A stretch of DNA of 63,536 bases, the filler included, from Octopus bimaculoides (Eukaryota), in the NCBI RefSeq assembly GCF_001194135.2. It is 5 parts of 5 records of this genome, joined end to end, with 100 filler letters (N's around TTAATTAATTAA, not from the genome) between each part and the next. Parts side by side here need not be neighbours in the genome. Positions count along the whole stretch, not along the records: positions 1 to 22,193 come from NC_068981.1; 4 more parts are not named here. The stretch is one strand, 5' to 3'. The translations under genes and the position numbers were made by a program. Shown one piece after another: positions 1-11,691 of this stretch. Numbering within the stretch: position 1 is the first letter of the stretch; each line of letters opens with the position of its first letter. The notes under the pieces are model-generated. The model did no database searches and was not told the origin of the DNA. It saw only the letters and a program-made list of their open reading frames with translations.

Positions 1-49
<49 letters not shown>

Positions 50-50
50 T
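1..50. repeat. (TA)n microsatellite
   Basis: Direct reading of the sequence. Confidence 0.95.
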
Positions 51-249
51 TTAATATACCTAGACACACAAACGCACACACGCACACAAACACATATTCA
101 TTTATATACATACATATCGGTTCAATCATATGATCTTCAACCTCTGAGTTAATTAAAACAAATATTCAATATGCAGTCTATAATTTTAATCAGATATATT
201 CTATTCACTGCACATTTAGAGAATACAGATGCAGCCTGCATTAGCTTAC

Positions 250-339
250 GCCCATTATTGCCAGTTGCATTTGTGAAGAATTCATTTTGATTAGAAATTG
301 TTTTTCGCTTTACTTGAAAGTCATTTTCGAAAGCAGCCA
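250..339 (-). CDS. Candidate 90-nt internal exon, phase 1-1, (V)AAFENDFQVKRKTISNQNEFFTNATGNNG, unknown protein
   Basis: Minus-strand acceptor ctattttcttttttgcactaag and donor GGC|GTAAGC. Only one frame is open, and its phase matches the exons at 5503-5562 and 5732-5763. Confidence 0.5.
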
Positions 340-1261
340 CTTAGTGCAAAAAAGAAAATAGTAATATTGACTTTTAAGTGATTAATTCTTACGTAACTAC
401 CAACTAACCATGCTAATATTAACCTTCTCCGTCGATGGAAACATCATGTAAGTGTGAATGTATTTCAAATCACATTCTTTTATTGATTTTTGGAACCTAC
501 TTTCTGGTGTAATTAATGCTGTGCAGATAGATTCTCAGGATTTTCAAAATTAATCTTAAGAGATGACAATCTCAGGTTTAAAACACATTTTTAGAGAAAC
601 CCATAGATATTATCTCAAGCGGTTATGTTTACTACTTAAAATGTAATAACATGTTACATAACGTGCTGATTTTACAGACATAATGTGTTTTTGAACAACA
701 ATTTTAGGCGTGTAATTTCCCAAATGAGAACCATTGTATATATTAGTAAGGAGACTAGCATGTTATTACAATGTAGTACAATAAAGATTATGTACCAGTA
801 CGTGATAAATATAGCATAATATACCTACCTAGAAAACAATCGTGACAGCAGAAATACGGCAAGTGTCTTTTCTATTGGTATTTTATTATTGTTTTCTATT
901 GTAGTTTCTGTGTTGTTTTTTGCTTTAGACTCAACTTTTAACGAACTGACTTTTGATCAAACGCATTCCAATAATAACCATTCCTTGATTTTAAATGCTT
1001 GTGTAGCTATGTGTTCTAATGTGTCCTTTCTTCACTTACAATGGATGGGTGTGTACTAGAGGAAATTTGGTTGGTTGAGCGACTATACTGAGCCTCTCTG
1101 TATACAATAACTCAATTACGAAACCGCAGTAAAGTATGGAAACCAATTTTGCCATAACGCTGATGCTCTCATCTGTCTTTCCTAGCATCTAGTGGAGGAT
1201 AGAGTCCTCCTATTTATCCGTATGTGCCTCATCAAATGGAAGCTGAAAACTTGGCTTGCTA

Positions 1262-1557
1262 GATTAAAAATTACCACCTTTCGAAACATGGGTGTTTTGC
1301 TCAACATCCTTAAACAACCCATTATTCAGGGACCTTTTGAGCGGGATGGGCTACTCGACCTGAAGAAAAGTCTAACTGAGCCCCACCCGCGAGGTTATGC
1401 GCTGTTTATCTTGATATGAGATCACCATGTCGCACACATATAGTTGTGATGCATGTGCCTGGTGTACCCTTATCAGACGGGTAGTCATGATGGGTATACT
1501 GGGCTTCGTATATTTTACCCAAGCGTCACTTTGATGGCATGCACTGCTCTCTCACTC

Positions 1558-1622
<65 letters not shown>

Positions 1623-1630
1623 TAATAATG

Positions 1631-1668
<38 letters not shown>

Positions 1669-1672
1669 TATA
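1262..1672 (+). mobile_element. 3' part of a ~0.5 kb retroposon family (LINE 3'UTR or SINE) ending in an (AAT)n tail
   Basis: The same sequence occurs inverted at 4385-4935 and 52915-53430. It ends ...ctctctcactc followed by (AAT)n. Confidence 0.8.
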
Positions 1673-1722
1673 ACATCGAAAAATACTTTAGGAATGAGAA
1701 CCCAGGTTCGAAATTTCTCCAA

Positions 1723-1768
1723 GACACCTGATGAAGGCTGGAGGGTATATCAACCGAAACGTTGTGTT
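1723..1768 (+). ncRNA. Minimal type-I hammerhead ribozyme motif in a PLE-derived short repeat
   Basis: GACAC-CTGATGA-A-GGCTG(loop)CAACC-GAAA-CGT-T-GTGTT. Stem I is GACAC/GTGTT, stem II has one mismatch, and stem III is the palindrome ACGT. Confidence 0.65.
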
Positions 1769-2221
1769 AACAACAAACAAGATAAGGAGAAAATATCCGT
1801 CAATTGTAAATAATGTAAATAATTACACATTTTGTATAATATACATATAGTTCTACAGCATCTCCTTCGGTTTGCGGAGAATATATTATATTGAACGCCT
1901 CGTCCCGGGTTTCTTCATATTGTTTTTTGTGTGTTGGAATGTCATCAAATATCAACTGACATTGGTGATGCAAAAGTCAGCTGTGTTTTTTCCCGCCATT
2001 TGACAAGGGATTGGAGTATAAATCTCTTCTTGTTACACAACTTTGCTCGGCAAGATTTTTCTCTGCCAGATATTTCAACGTCCAGGATCCTGGTGTTTGA
2101 GGTAACAGCTCGAGTGAAAGAAGGAACACTGAAAACATTTTCTTTCTTTTTGAATTAAAATTCTGCATTCAAATCTTTCACATGCCAAAAATACGAGCTT
2201 TTACTGGCTCGCACGCTTGTG

Positions 2222-2228
2222 TGTGTAT

Positions 2229-2281
<53 letters not shown>
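2222..2281. repeat. (GT)n microsatellite
   Basis: Direct reading of the sequence. Confidence 0.95.
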
Positions 2282-2285
<4 letters not shown>

Positions 2286-2927
2286 ATCGCTATTCTTATT
2301 GTTTGAATTGTTGAAAATACTTTTTTTTCTCAAAAACATATTTTCTCGTGACAACAATGCGTTTTGTTAAAGAAATGCATTTCTTTACTTTTTACTCTGG
2401 TTTACAGTCTGCTAAAACATGGTTGTTAACGATAATTTTTTTTTCATGGCTGTATAAAACACTATAAACATTGTGTTTGTTTACGCGTAATAAAAAAAAA
2501 CAAAAAGCTATTTTTTGTTTCGTAAATTAAAGTGTTCTTTTCTCGCAAACGAGGAAAAATTAGTGTAATGAATTAAATTCCTACACTTCCATTTAAAAGT
2601 TCCATTTTAAAATTGTTTTCAACGAAGTTTCATTTGATAAAATCTTCGAAATGTTTTGAGAGACAGAGCGTGGCGGAATTTGAATTCACAATGTAAAAAT
2701 CGGATGAAATACTGCCAGGCATTTTGTACGACGTGCTAACGATTCTATCAGCTTACCGATTCAGTATAATAGTGGTAATAAGCGTCTTTCTTTGATTCAT
2801 GTAAATCCCACCTCCTTTTCTTTGTTGTTTCTGTTTTTTTGCTTTGTTTTGGTTTTTACTTTTGCTTGTCTTAACTCGTTCTTTGTTATTGTCCTCCATG
2901 TGTTGGCCTCTTGTGGCCGATGAAAGA

Positions 2928-2974
<47 letters not shown>

Positions 2975-3172
2975 GCACAATGCCTGAAATTTTGGGGAAA
3001 GGGGCTAGTCGATTACATCGTCCTCAGTGCGTAACTGGTACTTATTTTATCGACCTCGAAATGATCAAAGGCAAAGTCGCCTCTTATTGCATTTGAACTC
3101 AGAACGTGAAGTCAGACGAAATAATGCCAAGAATTTAGACCGGCATGCTAACGATTCTGCCGGATCAACGTC
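2975..3172 (-). mobile_element. tRNA-derived SINE family A, diverged copy (a further fragment lies at ~2665-2760)
   Basis: Reverse complement of the 4110-4310 copy. Confidence 0.8.
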
Positions 3173-3374
3173 TTAGAAATGATAATAATAATCCTTTCTA
3201 TTATACGCACAAGACCTGAGATTTTGGCGTGGGGGATAGTCAATTACATCACCCCTCCCCCGTGCTCAACTAGTACCTGAATGTCTGAGGATTACACAGA
3301 GAGTTAAGGAAATGGAGACTTGACTAAATTACTAAGGTTATATATTGGAATCTTTGCCAGAAATGAAGGCTTGA

Positions 3375-3955
3375 GCTTCAGAAGACGTGGTGTGAACACC
3401 AGCCTGAGTGAATATGTGAATCAGCACGATGTCGAATCTTGTGAGATTTTTTCCATACAAACAGATAAGGCTTAAAGTACAGCAGACCTGATGAACTTCA
3501 TAAGTCATATCTTCTTTCTGACCCATCACATCCATTGAACACGTGAATACAAAATAAGGAAGTAGAAAAATTGGCAAATTATAACGAATTGAAGTTGATG
3601 CGGAAAATGAAGAATGTAAGTATCATACCAATAATTCTAGGAGCATAAGGAGCAGCAAAGGACAACATTGTAAAATTGATCGAGAAGACCAAAAATAGAT
3701 AGTGAAATAGAACTATTGTAAAGAGTTTGTATATTGGGAAGCGAAAAACAAATATTTGAAGTAGCCCTCAATGATTATCTTTAAGACCAGAACAAATATC
3801 TAACAATTTACTTTGACTACCGAGCAATCACCACTGTGCATCGCTGCGATCCAGCCATTGAAAACGGGTCCGAAACTGGCAACTTTTAGGACTGCTACAA
3901 GTAGAGGTGTTCGACCCTATTGAAGGCTTTTCAATGTAATGATGATGATGATGAG
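3375..3955 (+). mobile_element. Degenerate R4/Dong-like (RLE-type) LINE 3' end with a (GAT)n tail
   Basis: Frameshifted translation gives W.EHQPE, (W)DFSIQTDK, RPD and IIPIILGA, motifs of the restriction-like endonuclease C-terminus. It matches the 53595-53810 ORF family. Confidence 0.65.
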
Positions 3956-4109
3956 GGTGTTTTTATATTCTTTGGCACCAGGTCAGCAGAGCTAGAAGGA
4001 AGGGTCCAGACTATTAGAGAGACTCCTGCGTTTGATTGGTACTTTGTTTAAACGACTCTGAAAAGATGAAAAGCAAAAACAACCTCGGACGAATTTGAGC
4101 TCAGAAAGT

Positions 4110-4310
4110 AAGGGCGGCGAACTGGCAGAAACGTTAGCACGCCGGGCAAATGCTTAACGGTATTTCGTCTGGCGTTACGTTCTGAGTTCAAATTCCGCCG
4201 AGGTTGACTTTTACTTCCATCCTTTCGGGGTCGATAAATTAAGTACCAGTTACGCACTGGGGTCGATGTAATCGACCTAATCCTTTTGTCTGTCCTTGTT
4301 TGTCCCCTTC
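4110..4310 (+). mobile_element. tRNA-derived SINE family A, full-length copy; head-to-head with an inverted fragment at ~4020-4105
   Basis: A-box TGGCAGAAACG and B-box AGTTCAAATTCC. The family recurs many times in the window. Confidence 0.85.
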
Positions 4311-4384
4311 TATCAATATTGTTGGTCATGTGCCNNNNNNNNNNNNNNNNNNNNNNNNNNNNNNNNNNNNNNNNNNNNNNNNNN

Positions 4385-4935
4385 CATCATCATCATCATC
4401 ATCATCATTATCATCATCATCTTCATCATTGTTATTGAGTTAGAGAGCAACGTATGCCATCTAAGTGACATGGGGTACAAATATACGAAGCCCAGTATAC
4501 CCATCATGGCTACCCGTCTGATAAGTGTACACCAGGCACATGCATCACAAAAGTATGTGCACAACATGTTGGCCTTGTATCAAGATAAACAGCGCATGAC
4601 CTCGTAGGTGAGGCCTAGTTAGAATTTTCTTCAGGTCGAGTAGCCCATCCCGCTCAAAAAGTTCCTGTATAAGGTTTGTTTAAGGCTGTTGAACGAAACA
4701 CTCATGTTTCCAGGGGTGAATTATTCAAACGCCAACGAATTCCACTCAGCATATGGCTATAATGTGTTCCACCCACTACTTCTGCTCGTTATCAGAGATG
4801 CACATATCATCAGCCACTAAGGGACATGCTCGACTGTGTAAGGTGAAGCAGCTGATAAGCAAATCTGTGGTATCGATCAGGGCATTTGCTGTAGCCCATC
4901 TTTTATACCGAAACAAAACATGTACATGATAACAC
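4385..4935 (-). mobile_element. Same ~0.5 kb retroposon family as 1262-1672, with a (GAT)n tail
   Basis: Reverse-complement similarity to 1262-1560. Confidence 0.8.
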
Positions 4936-4989
4936 TTCCAATCCGCAATCCGTTAAGATCAAAAGGCACGAGAGCCAGTGCCTTTTACT

Positions 4990-5275
<286 letters not shown>

Positions 5276-5502
5276 TCGTGAGCTTCATTATAATTATAAA
5301 ACAGGTAATGGAAATATCTTAGTTGAAACTCTCAACGTCAAGGCGTGTAGCAGTAGCTGAAAAAAATCAATTGTTCTACATTCAACAATTCCACAAAGAG
5401 AATTGTTTTAAATTATATAAAAATCTACTATTGTCCAGTATATAGAAAATTTGATTAAGTAAATTGATCATGTATTCAAAGGATTCCAAACAATCGATCT
5501 AC

Positions 5503-5562
5503 CTGCCACATACAGAAACCACAGCTTTATATCAATAAGTGAGAGATGAATACCGAATTCAT
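5503..5562 (-). CDS. Candidate 60-nt exon, phase 1-1, (D)EFGIHLSLIDIKLWFLYVA
   Basis: Acceptor ctgaactcgtctttcag and donor CAG|GTAGAT. It is in frame with the neighbouring candidates. An alternative internal donor TCT|GTATGT exists. Confidence 0.45.
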
Positions 5563-5731
5563 CTGAAAGACGAGTTCAGCCATTCACGTACTGTCAACGC
5601 CACAGCATTGTGTTCTTTACAATGATATTAAATCCTCAAAGGTTGAGCTCTCATAGCATTAAATAGATACTGCAAACTGGTGTAATTCTCTTCTGTATGC
5701 ATGAGAAGGAAGTAAAAACGATATTATTAAC

Positions 5732-5763
5732 CTGCTTTGGCTCCGTTGAAAATATCCTTTAAA
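5732..5763 (-). CDS. Candidate 32-nt exon, phase 2-1, LKDIFNGAKA
   Basis: Acceptor ttcctgttgcattttctag and donor CAG|GTTAAT. Its phase is compatible with the downstream exons. Confidence 0.45.
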
Positions 5764-6553
5764 CTAGAAAATGCAACAGGAAATCACAGTATTATGCAGT
5801 TCTCCTTTGAAACTTTACATAAAGGAAGGCTATTTGCTAATGTTTAAACTACCCAAAAGGGTTTGCAAACTAAAACCACGACGACGTTAAGAGTAAAAAC
5901 TTGGCCAATTTCTAATATAACTATCCTACTGGAAACAATGGAACCATGTTCGTGTCGAGCCATTCCTACTGGGAAAGAAATATTGATCGATTTATTGCAA
6001 TGTGACATTTATTTCTAGTTCGTATCACATTTAGTGCCAGAGGTCTTCCAGTAATTGAAATTTTGTCTTATCTTGACTAATCACCAATTGAAGATTGTTT
6101 ATTAACACTTGCAGCTAAATTCACATTGGTAGGCCAAAGGCCACAACCAATTTTCACGAGATTTCATTAGAAATATAGGAAAAAGAAGCATCTTTATATA
6201 ACACAAATATACAGATTTCCAGATACATTTAACCGTAATGTATGTATCCATGTCTGTCTGTCTATGTATGCACGTATAAGCGTGTCTAAGAGTATATGTG
6301 TGTGTGTGTGTGTGTGTGCGTGTGTGTATGTTTCTGTTCGAATGATAAGCATATTAAGTTCATTCCTCGTGCTTCAGGGTAAAGAGAGTAAGGACATTAT
6401 TAGAATATGTTTGTTACAAAGCGTCCTTTAGTTAATGGATTTCATTATATTCTGTATAATTGTGACACCTGCTCTCAAATTTTGTTTTTACTGTATTTTT
6501 TAGCGTTATTTATCATGCTGTTTTCCTTTAACTTTTAAATTTTATTTCAAAAC

Positions 6554-6554
<1 letters not shown>

Positions 6555-6638
<84 letters not shown>
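6555..6638. repeat. (AAT)n microsatellite
   Basis: Direct reading of the sequence. Confidence 0.95.
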
Positions 6639-6640
<2 letters not shown>

Positions 6641-7029
6641 TTAATATTTAATTGTAATTCAATATTTTTTTTTTCTTCAGCTGTTTGATTTTACTTCGAA
6701 ATTTCTACTCACTCAATAATTCGATTTCATTCATCAATACAAAATGCTCGAATAATTACTAGCCAATTAAGAGGTTTCTACGAGTTCGTTTGCTCTGCTG
6801 AAAACATCAACGAAAATCCATCCAATCACACCTTAGAATCATGTGAGATAACGATGTAAAAAGATGAGATGGTCATATGTTTACTCTTTTTGTGCTAGCT
6901 TACTGCGCTCATTTAGGCGATGAATATTTTCATCCCCTTTCCCAGACAGTGTGTATTTGCTCTGTGGGTGAGAGTATCTTTGTCCTTATCAAAGTCGCTT
7001 TTCATGTTTGTTCTTGGGTGGCTATTATT

Positions 7030-7205
7030 ATTATTGGTGAGATGGCAGGACTGTTAGTGCGTCGGACAAAACGCTTCGCAGCATTTCTTCTAGTGGGTTC
7101 TGAGCTTAAATCACCGAGGGCAACTTTGCTTTTATTCTTTTGGGGTTGATAAAATAAGTACCATTTTAATAATAGGGTAGATATAATCAACTTACTCCCT
7201 CCCAT
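7030..7205 (+). mobile_element. SINE family A, diverged copy
   Basis: Aligns by eye to 4110-4310. Confidence 0.7.
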
Positions 7206-7866
7206 AAACTTACTGATCTCAAGTCAGAGGCGTACTAGTTTTTGATTTATTCGTAAAAAATACTCATTAAACGTCAAACCATTGCCGAGTGAATTGCATT
7301 GGAAGCCATGTATGATCGCTTGATGTAGTAGAAATAACACAAAAACCAGAATTGAAATTATATCCTACCACCTTTAGACCAAAAAGCATATATATATATG
7401 TTGTAGTTCTGGATTCTTGACTCAAAGTATACTAAAAGAAACTACACTTCACATAACGAAACGACGTTGTCTCGGGCGAAACGCTTTAGTGTATGGATCA
7501 GCCCAATCCTTCAAATTTTAAAATTTATAGAGGATTTGTTTTCTTTTTAATGCATTTAGGGTTCAGACGTATTCTCTGATTCAATTCCCTTCTTTAATAT
7601 TTGGACTTTATCAACGTAAACCTTGATCTTCACAATTTCTTTCACATAACACACTACACTACAAGTATTAAGCTGTTTGTAAATCATTAAAATAAAAACA
7701 CGAGGAATGAATTTTGCTTATCTTTATTACTAGTTAAAATTGTTTCGCTAATACTTCGCTTGTACATAAATGATTCCATGTGAAAAGTTACACTTCATCA
7801 GATTTGTATTAAAAAGTGCGCTGTTACATTGTGCACCATTTTACAGTCAAGCGTTGTGTTTCTTAC

Positions 7867-7950
7867 ATAACGAGGTAATAATAAATGATAAGGAAGAACA
7901 AAAATGGCGAGATCACGGACAAAACGATTTACACCCGGTCTTTCATTTTT
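7867..7950 (-). CDS. Candidate exon KNERPGVNRFVRDLAIFVLPYHLLLPRY (84 nt, phase 0-0); a shorter alternative ends at GGT|GTAAAT in another frame (MKDRV)
   Basis: Acceptor ttcagtgctttatgcag and donor TAT|GTAAGA. The frame and phase link to the 5763 exon are ambiguous. Confidence 0.3.
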
Positions 7951-8409
7951 CTGCATAAAGCACTGAATAGTTGTATTATCCTCGGTCTGATTCCACTACT
8001 CTTTTCGCAGCTAACTGCATTCTGGATCGCACATCTATCACTGTCATCATAGTTTAAATGTTCTATCTTTACTTTTTCTGTTTCATTACGTGGCAACCGA
8101 AATTTCCCTTTTTAATTAGACGTTTTTTGAAGCTTGTCCTTACTCTTGTATGTAAAACTGTTTTCTGCGAATAATTTGCAGCAATTTGCATCCGTGGATG
8201 GTTCTCTTCTTTCAGAAGGGAAAGCAAAACTCTTCCACAAATGGGTATCATAATAATAAAACAAATAAAATCATTCAAGAATACAGAAGTATCGAATAAA
8301 ATAAGAATATATACAAAATGTATCTAAACTAAACGAGAGTTGACTAAAATATGTACAACGAGAGAGTTGACTAAAATATGTACAACGAGAGAGTTGACTA
8401 AAATACGTA

Positions 8410-8830
8410 CAGGCATAGGAGTGGCTGTGTGGTAAGCAACTTGCTTACGAATCACATGGTTCCGGGTTCAGACCCACTGCGTGGCACCTTTGGCAAGTAT
8501 TTTCTACTATAGGCTCGGGTCGACCAAAGCCTTCTGAGTGGATTTGGTAGACAGAAACTGAAAGAAGCCCTTCGCATATATTTATATATATCTATACAGA
8601 TGTATGTGTGTGTATGTGTTTGTGTGTCTGTGTGTCTGTGTTTGTCCCCGCAACATCGCTTGACAACCGATGCTGGTGCGTTTACGTCTCCGTAACTTAT
8701 CGGTTCGGCAAAAGAGACCGATAGAATAAGTACTAGGCTTACAAAGAATAAGTCCTGAGGTCGACTAAGAGTGGTACTCCAGCATGGCTACAGTCAAATG
8801 ACCGAAAGAAGTAACGGAGTAAAAGAGTAA
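8410..8830 (+). mobile_element. tRNA-derived SINE family B, full length, with an internal (TA)/(TG) microsatellite
   Basis: Head ggagtggctgtgtggtaag...ggttca, tail ...aaatgac(t)gaaa...gtaaaaga. Homologous to 58855-59360. Confidence 0.85.
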
Positions 8831-9065
8831 CGATAAATATGACTTTGAAGTTGTGAACAGCTGTGATGAGAATAAGAAGGAAGCGGAAAATTATGATGCA
8901 ATTAAGTTGCAGGCAAAAAAATAAATACATACATGCATGTTTGCATGCATACATGCATACATACATACATACATATATACATACATACATACATAGCTGT
9001 GTGCACTTACACGTGCGTATATATAGCAATAATAATAAAAATAATAATAATACCAATAATAATGG

Positions 9066-9130
9066 GAAGAAGAAGAAGAAGAAGAAGAAGAAGAAGAAGA
9101 AGAAGAAGAAGAAGAAGAAGAAGAAGAAGA
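9066..9130. repeat. (GAA)n microsatellite
   Basis: Direct reading of the sequence. Confidence 0.95.
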
Positions 9131-10479
9131 ATCCAGAATTTCATCACCCTCATTGCTCTCTTGTGTTTTATATACATATGTTAATGAAGATAAGTCCATT
9201 ATATCACGGTTAGTCGATGCGAATAGAAGAATTTATCACAAATTACGAGTATTTACAATAGAGTATGCATGAAGCCCTTTTCGACTGTTATTCGACATCC
9301 AATTAAATTTTGGTGTCATATCATTTTCCAATGTGTTTATACCAATATTTTTGGCTTTATATACATGGTTACTTGCAGAAATTTTAATTTAAACACANNN
9401 NNNNNNNNNNNNNNNNNNNNNNNNNNNNNNNNNNNNNNNNNNNNNNNNNNNNNNNNNNNNNNNNNNNNNNNNNNNNNNNNNNNNNNNNNNNNNNNNNNNN
9501 NNNNNNNNNNNNNNNNNNNNNNNNNNNNNNNNNNNNNNNNNNNNNNNNNNNNNNNNNNNNNNNNNNNNNNNNNNNNNNNNNNNNNNNNNNNNNNNNNNNN
9601 NNNNNNNNNNNNNNNNNNNNNNNNNNNNNNNNNNNNNNNNNNNNNNNNNNNNNNNNNNNNNNNNNNNNNNNNNNNNNNNNNNNNNNNNNNNNNNNNNNNN
9701 NNNNNNNNNNNNNNNNNNNNNNNNNNNNNNNNNNNNNNNNNNNNNNNNNNNNNNNNNNNNNNNNNNNNNNNNNNNNNNNNNNNNNNNNNNNNNNNNNNNN
9801 NNNNNNNNNNNNNNNNNNNNNNNGTATGCATCTAAATTTTGTACGACTCTTACTCCATCTTTTATTCCTCCTCTCATTTTTCTTCCTTTTTCTCGCTCCC
9901 CCTCACTTAAATTTCTTAGCCCTCTCTTTCTTTGAATCCCTCTATTTCCCACTCCTTTATCTCCCCTTTACTTTTCTCTTTGTCTCTGATTCTTTTTCTA
10001 ATATTCCAATCCCGCTGTCCCCTACCCATCTCTCCTCCTTCCACGTGACCGGTTTCCAGCCAGCCATGATCTTTCTTTCTTGGCCTGACTGCCGACCACC
10101 AACACCTCTTATGTCCATCTCCCATGTTCCTGCCTTTAAGCTTTCACTTCATACACGCCAGCTGAATCTGATTCGTTCTCAGTCGAAAGACGCCTGTTGT
10201 TATTTATTGTTGTTTGTATTTGTCATTGTGTACAATGTTCTCCATTTTTGTTTGTTTTTTGTCTTTGTTGCCGTACACATTCGCTTGCTTTCTTACAAAG
10301 GGGTCAAATTCTCTTAGCTTAGATTTTGGGGGCAACCAGATCGAACCATCNNNNNNNNNNTACAAAGGGGTCAAATGCTCTTAGCTTAGATTTTGGGGGC
10401 AACCAGATCGAACCATCTCAAGTGTAACTGCCCGAAATGGTCGTGACGTCTTGGACTTAATAATAAATGCACCCTTTTA

Positions 10480-10716
10480 AAGCCTAGCCAGGCTCATGGG
10501 CCCGGTTTCCCGGTTTCAATGGCGTAAGTGTTCCACAGCTGGACGGGACGCCAGTCCATCGCAGCGTTTCTCATTTTTGCCAGCTGAGTGGACTGGAGCA
10601 ACGTGGAATGAAGTGTTTTGCTCAAAAACACAACGCGCCGCCCAGTCCAGGAATCGAAACCACAATCTTACGATCATGATGTTGACACCCTAACCACTAA
10701 GTCACGCGCCTCCACT
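10480..10716 (-). mobile_element. tRNA-derived SINE family C
   Basis: Reverse complement has A-box TGACTTAGTGG and B-box GTTTCGATTCC. Homologous to 13170-13440. Confidence 0.8.
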
Positions 10717-10804
10717 TCTTGGACTTGACTGATGTAATAATTTTTATCGAATCCAGGAGTACAAAAGATAGTAGAAAGAAGAAAAGCATATATATTTATT
10801 TCTT

Positions 10805-10982
10805 TATTGCCCATAAAGGGACAAACAAAAGGATAAAGTCGATTACATCGACCCCAGTGCGTGACTGGTATTTATTTAATCGAACCTCAGCGAAATTTGA
10901 ACTGAACTCAGAATGTAACGGCAGACGAAATACCGCTAAGCATTTCGCCCGGCGTGCTAACGATTCTGCTAGCTCGCCGCTC
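10805..10982 (-). mobile_element. SINE family A
   Basis: Reverse complement of 4110-4310. Confidence 0.8.
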
Positions 10983-11649
10983 TAAGAAAATATATGAAAC
11001 TAGCGAGCTATTATGAGAGATTTATATTGTGCAAAAGGCTAAGTCAGCAATAGCAATACATATAATAGAAAACAATAAATAGAACTAACAAAGCAGAACA
11101 AAATAAGAATAAGGAAGTGGAGAAACTCGGGAGAAATATGTTTAGTGCAGAATCGGGGAACTAACTAAATCAATGAGGATGGCAAGATGAGGATATTCCG
11201 AACTGTTAAGTGACCCACTGCGGATACCTCACATAGAGAGATGCTTCAGTGAAACTGTGCTTTTTGTAGTTGCAGTGAAGAACACAGATATATATATGTG
11301 TGTAAATGTATATATGTTTATATGCCTGTGTCTGTGTGTATGTTTTGTGTGTATAATCTGTGACATTATACAGTTTCATTGATACTATCAGTTATCTGTC
11401 TACTGTGATCAAATTCTGTTCAGCTTGCAACTTTAATTCCATTATAGACTCACTAAGAGCAAATATAAGTAAGCCAGGAAGTTAACGAGATCAAATTAAT
11501 AGAATGTTGGCGGAGAAGGTGATTGCAATGGTTTAGATAACAATACGATGTTGACTGCAATGAAAACCGCGGCGACCAATATTAATGGTGACGAACACTA
11601 CTCACCAACCTCTATTACCCAACTAATTTGTTTTCTTTTTCTTCCTCAG

Positions 11650-11691
11650 CAGACTCCATTTAAATCCGTGGAAATAGATGCTATCATTAAG
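11650..11691 (+). CDS. Candidate 42-nt (or 39-nt) exon (Q)TPFKSVEIDAIIK, phase 0-0, NAGNAG acceptor
   Basis: Branch-like actaat, long pyrimidine tract ending cagcag, and donor AAG|GTAATT. Only one frame is open. Confidence 0.55.

Noticed and set aside
4110-4200. tRNA genes at SINE heads
   Set aside because: A/B boxes are present, but there is no complete cloverleaf or Pol III terminator, and the sequence continues into SINE bodies.
7445-7495. Further hammerhead look-alikes (also ~19030-19085, ~20340-20385 minus, ~45215-45275 minus and ~58490-58530)
   Set aside because: Each has two or more core substitutions or lacks stem I, so it cannot be distinguished from chance by eye.
8333-8410. CRISPR-like appearance of the 27-bp repeats
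   Set aside because: The units are contiguous with no spacers, there are no cas genes, and the context is eukaryotic.
10294-10417. Direct repeats flanking 10-N gaps (also ~25775-25890 and ~29647-29836)
   Set aside because: This is the typical unmerged contig-overlap or haplotype artefact, not a biological duplication.
11650-11691. Naming the gene EFCAB1/calaxin
   Set aside because: The resemblance covers only 14-19 residues and no EF-hand exons were found.
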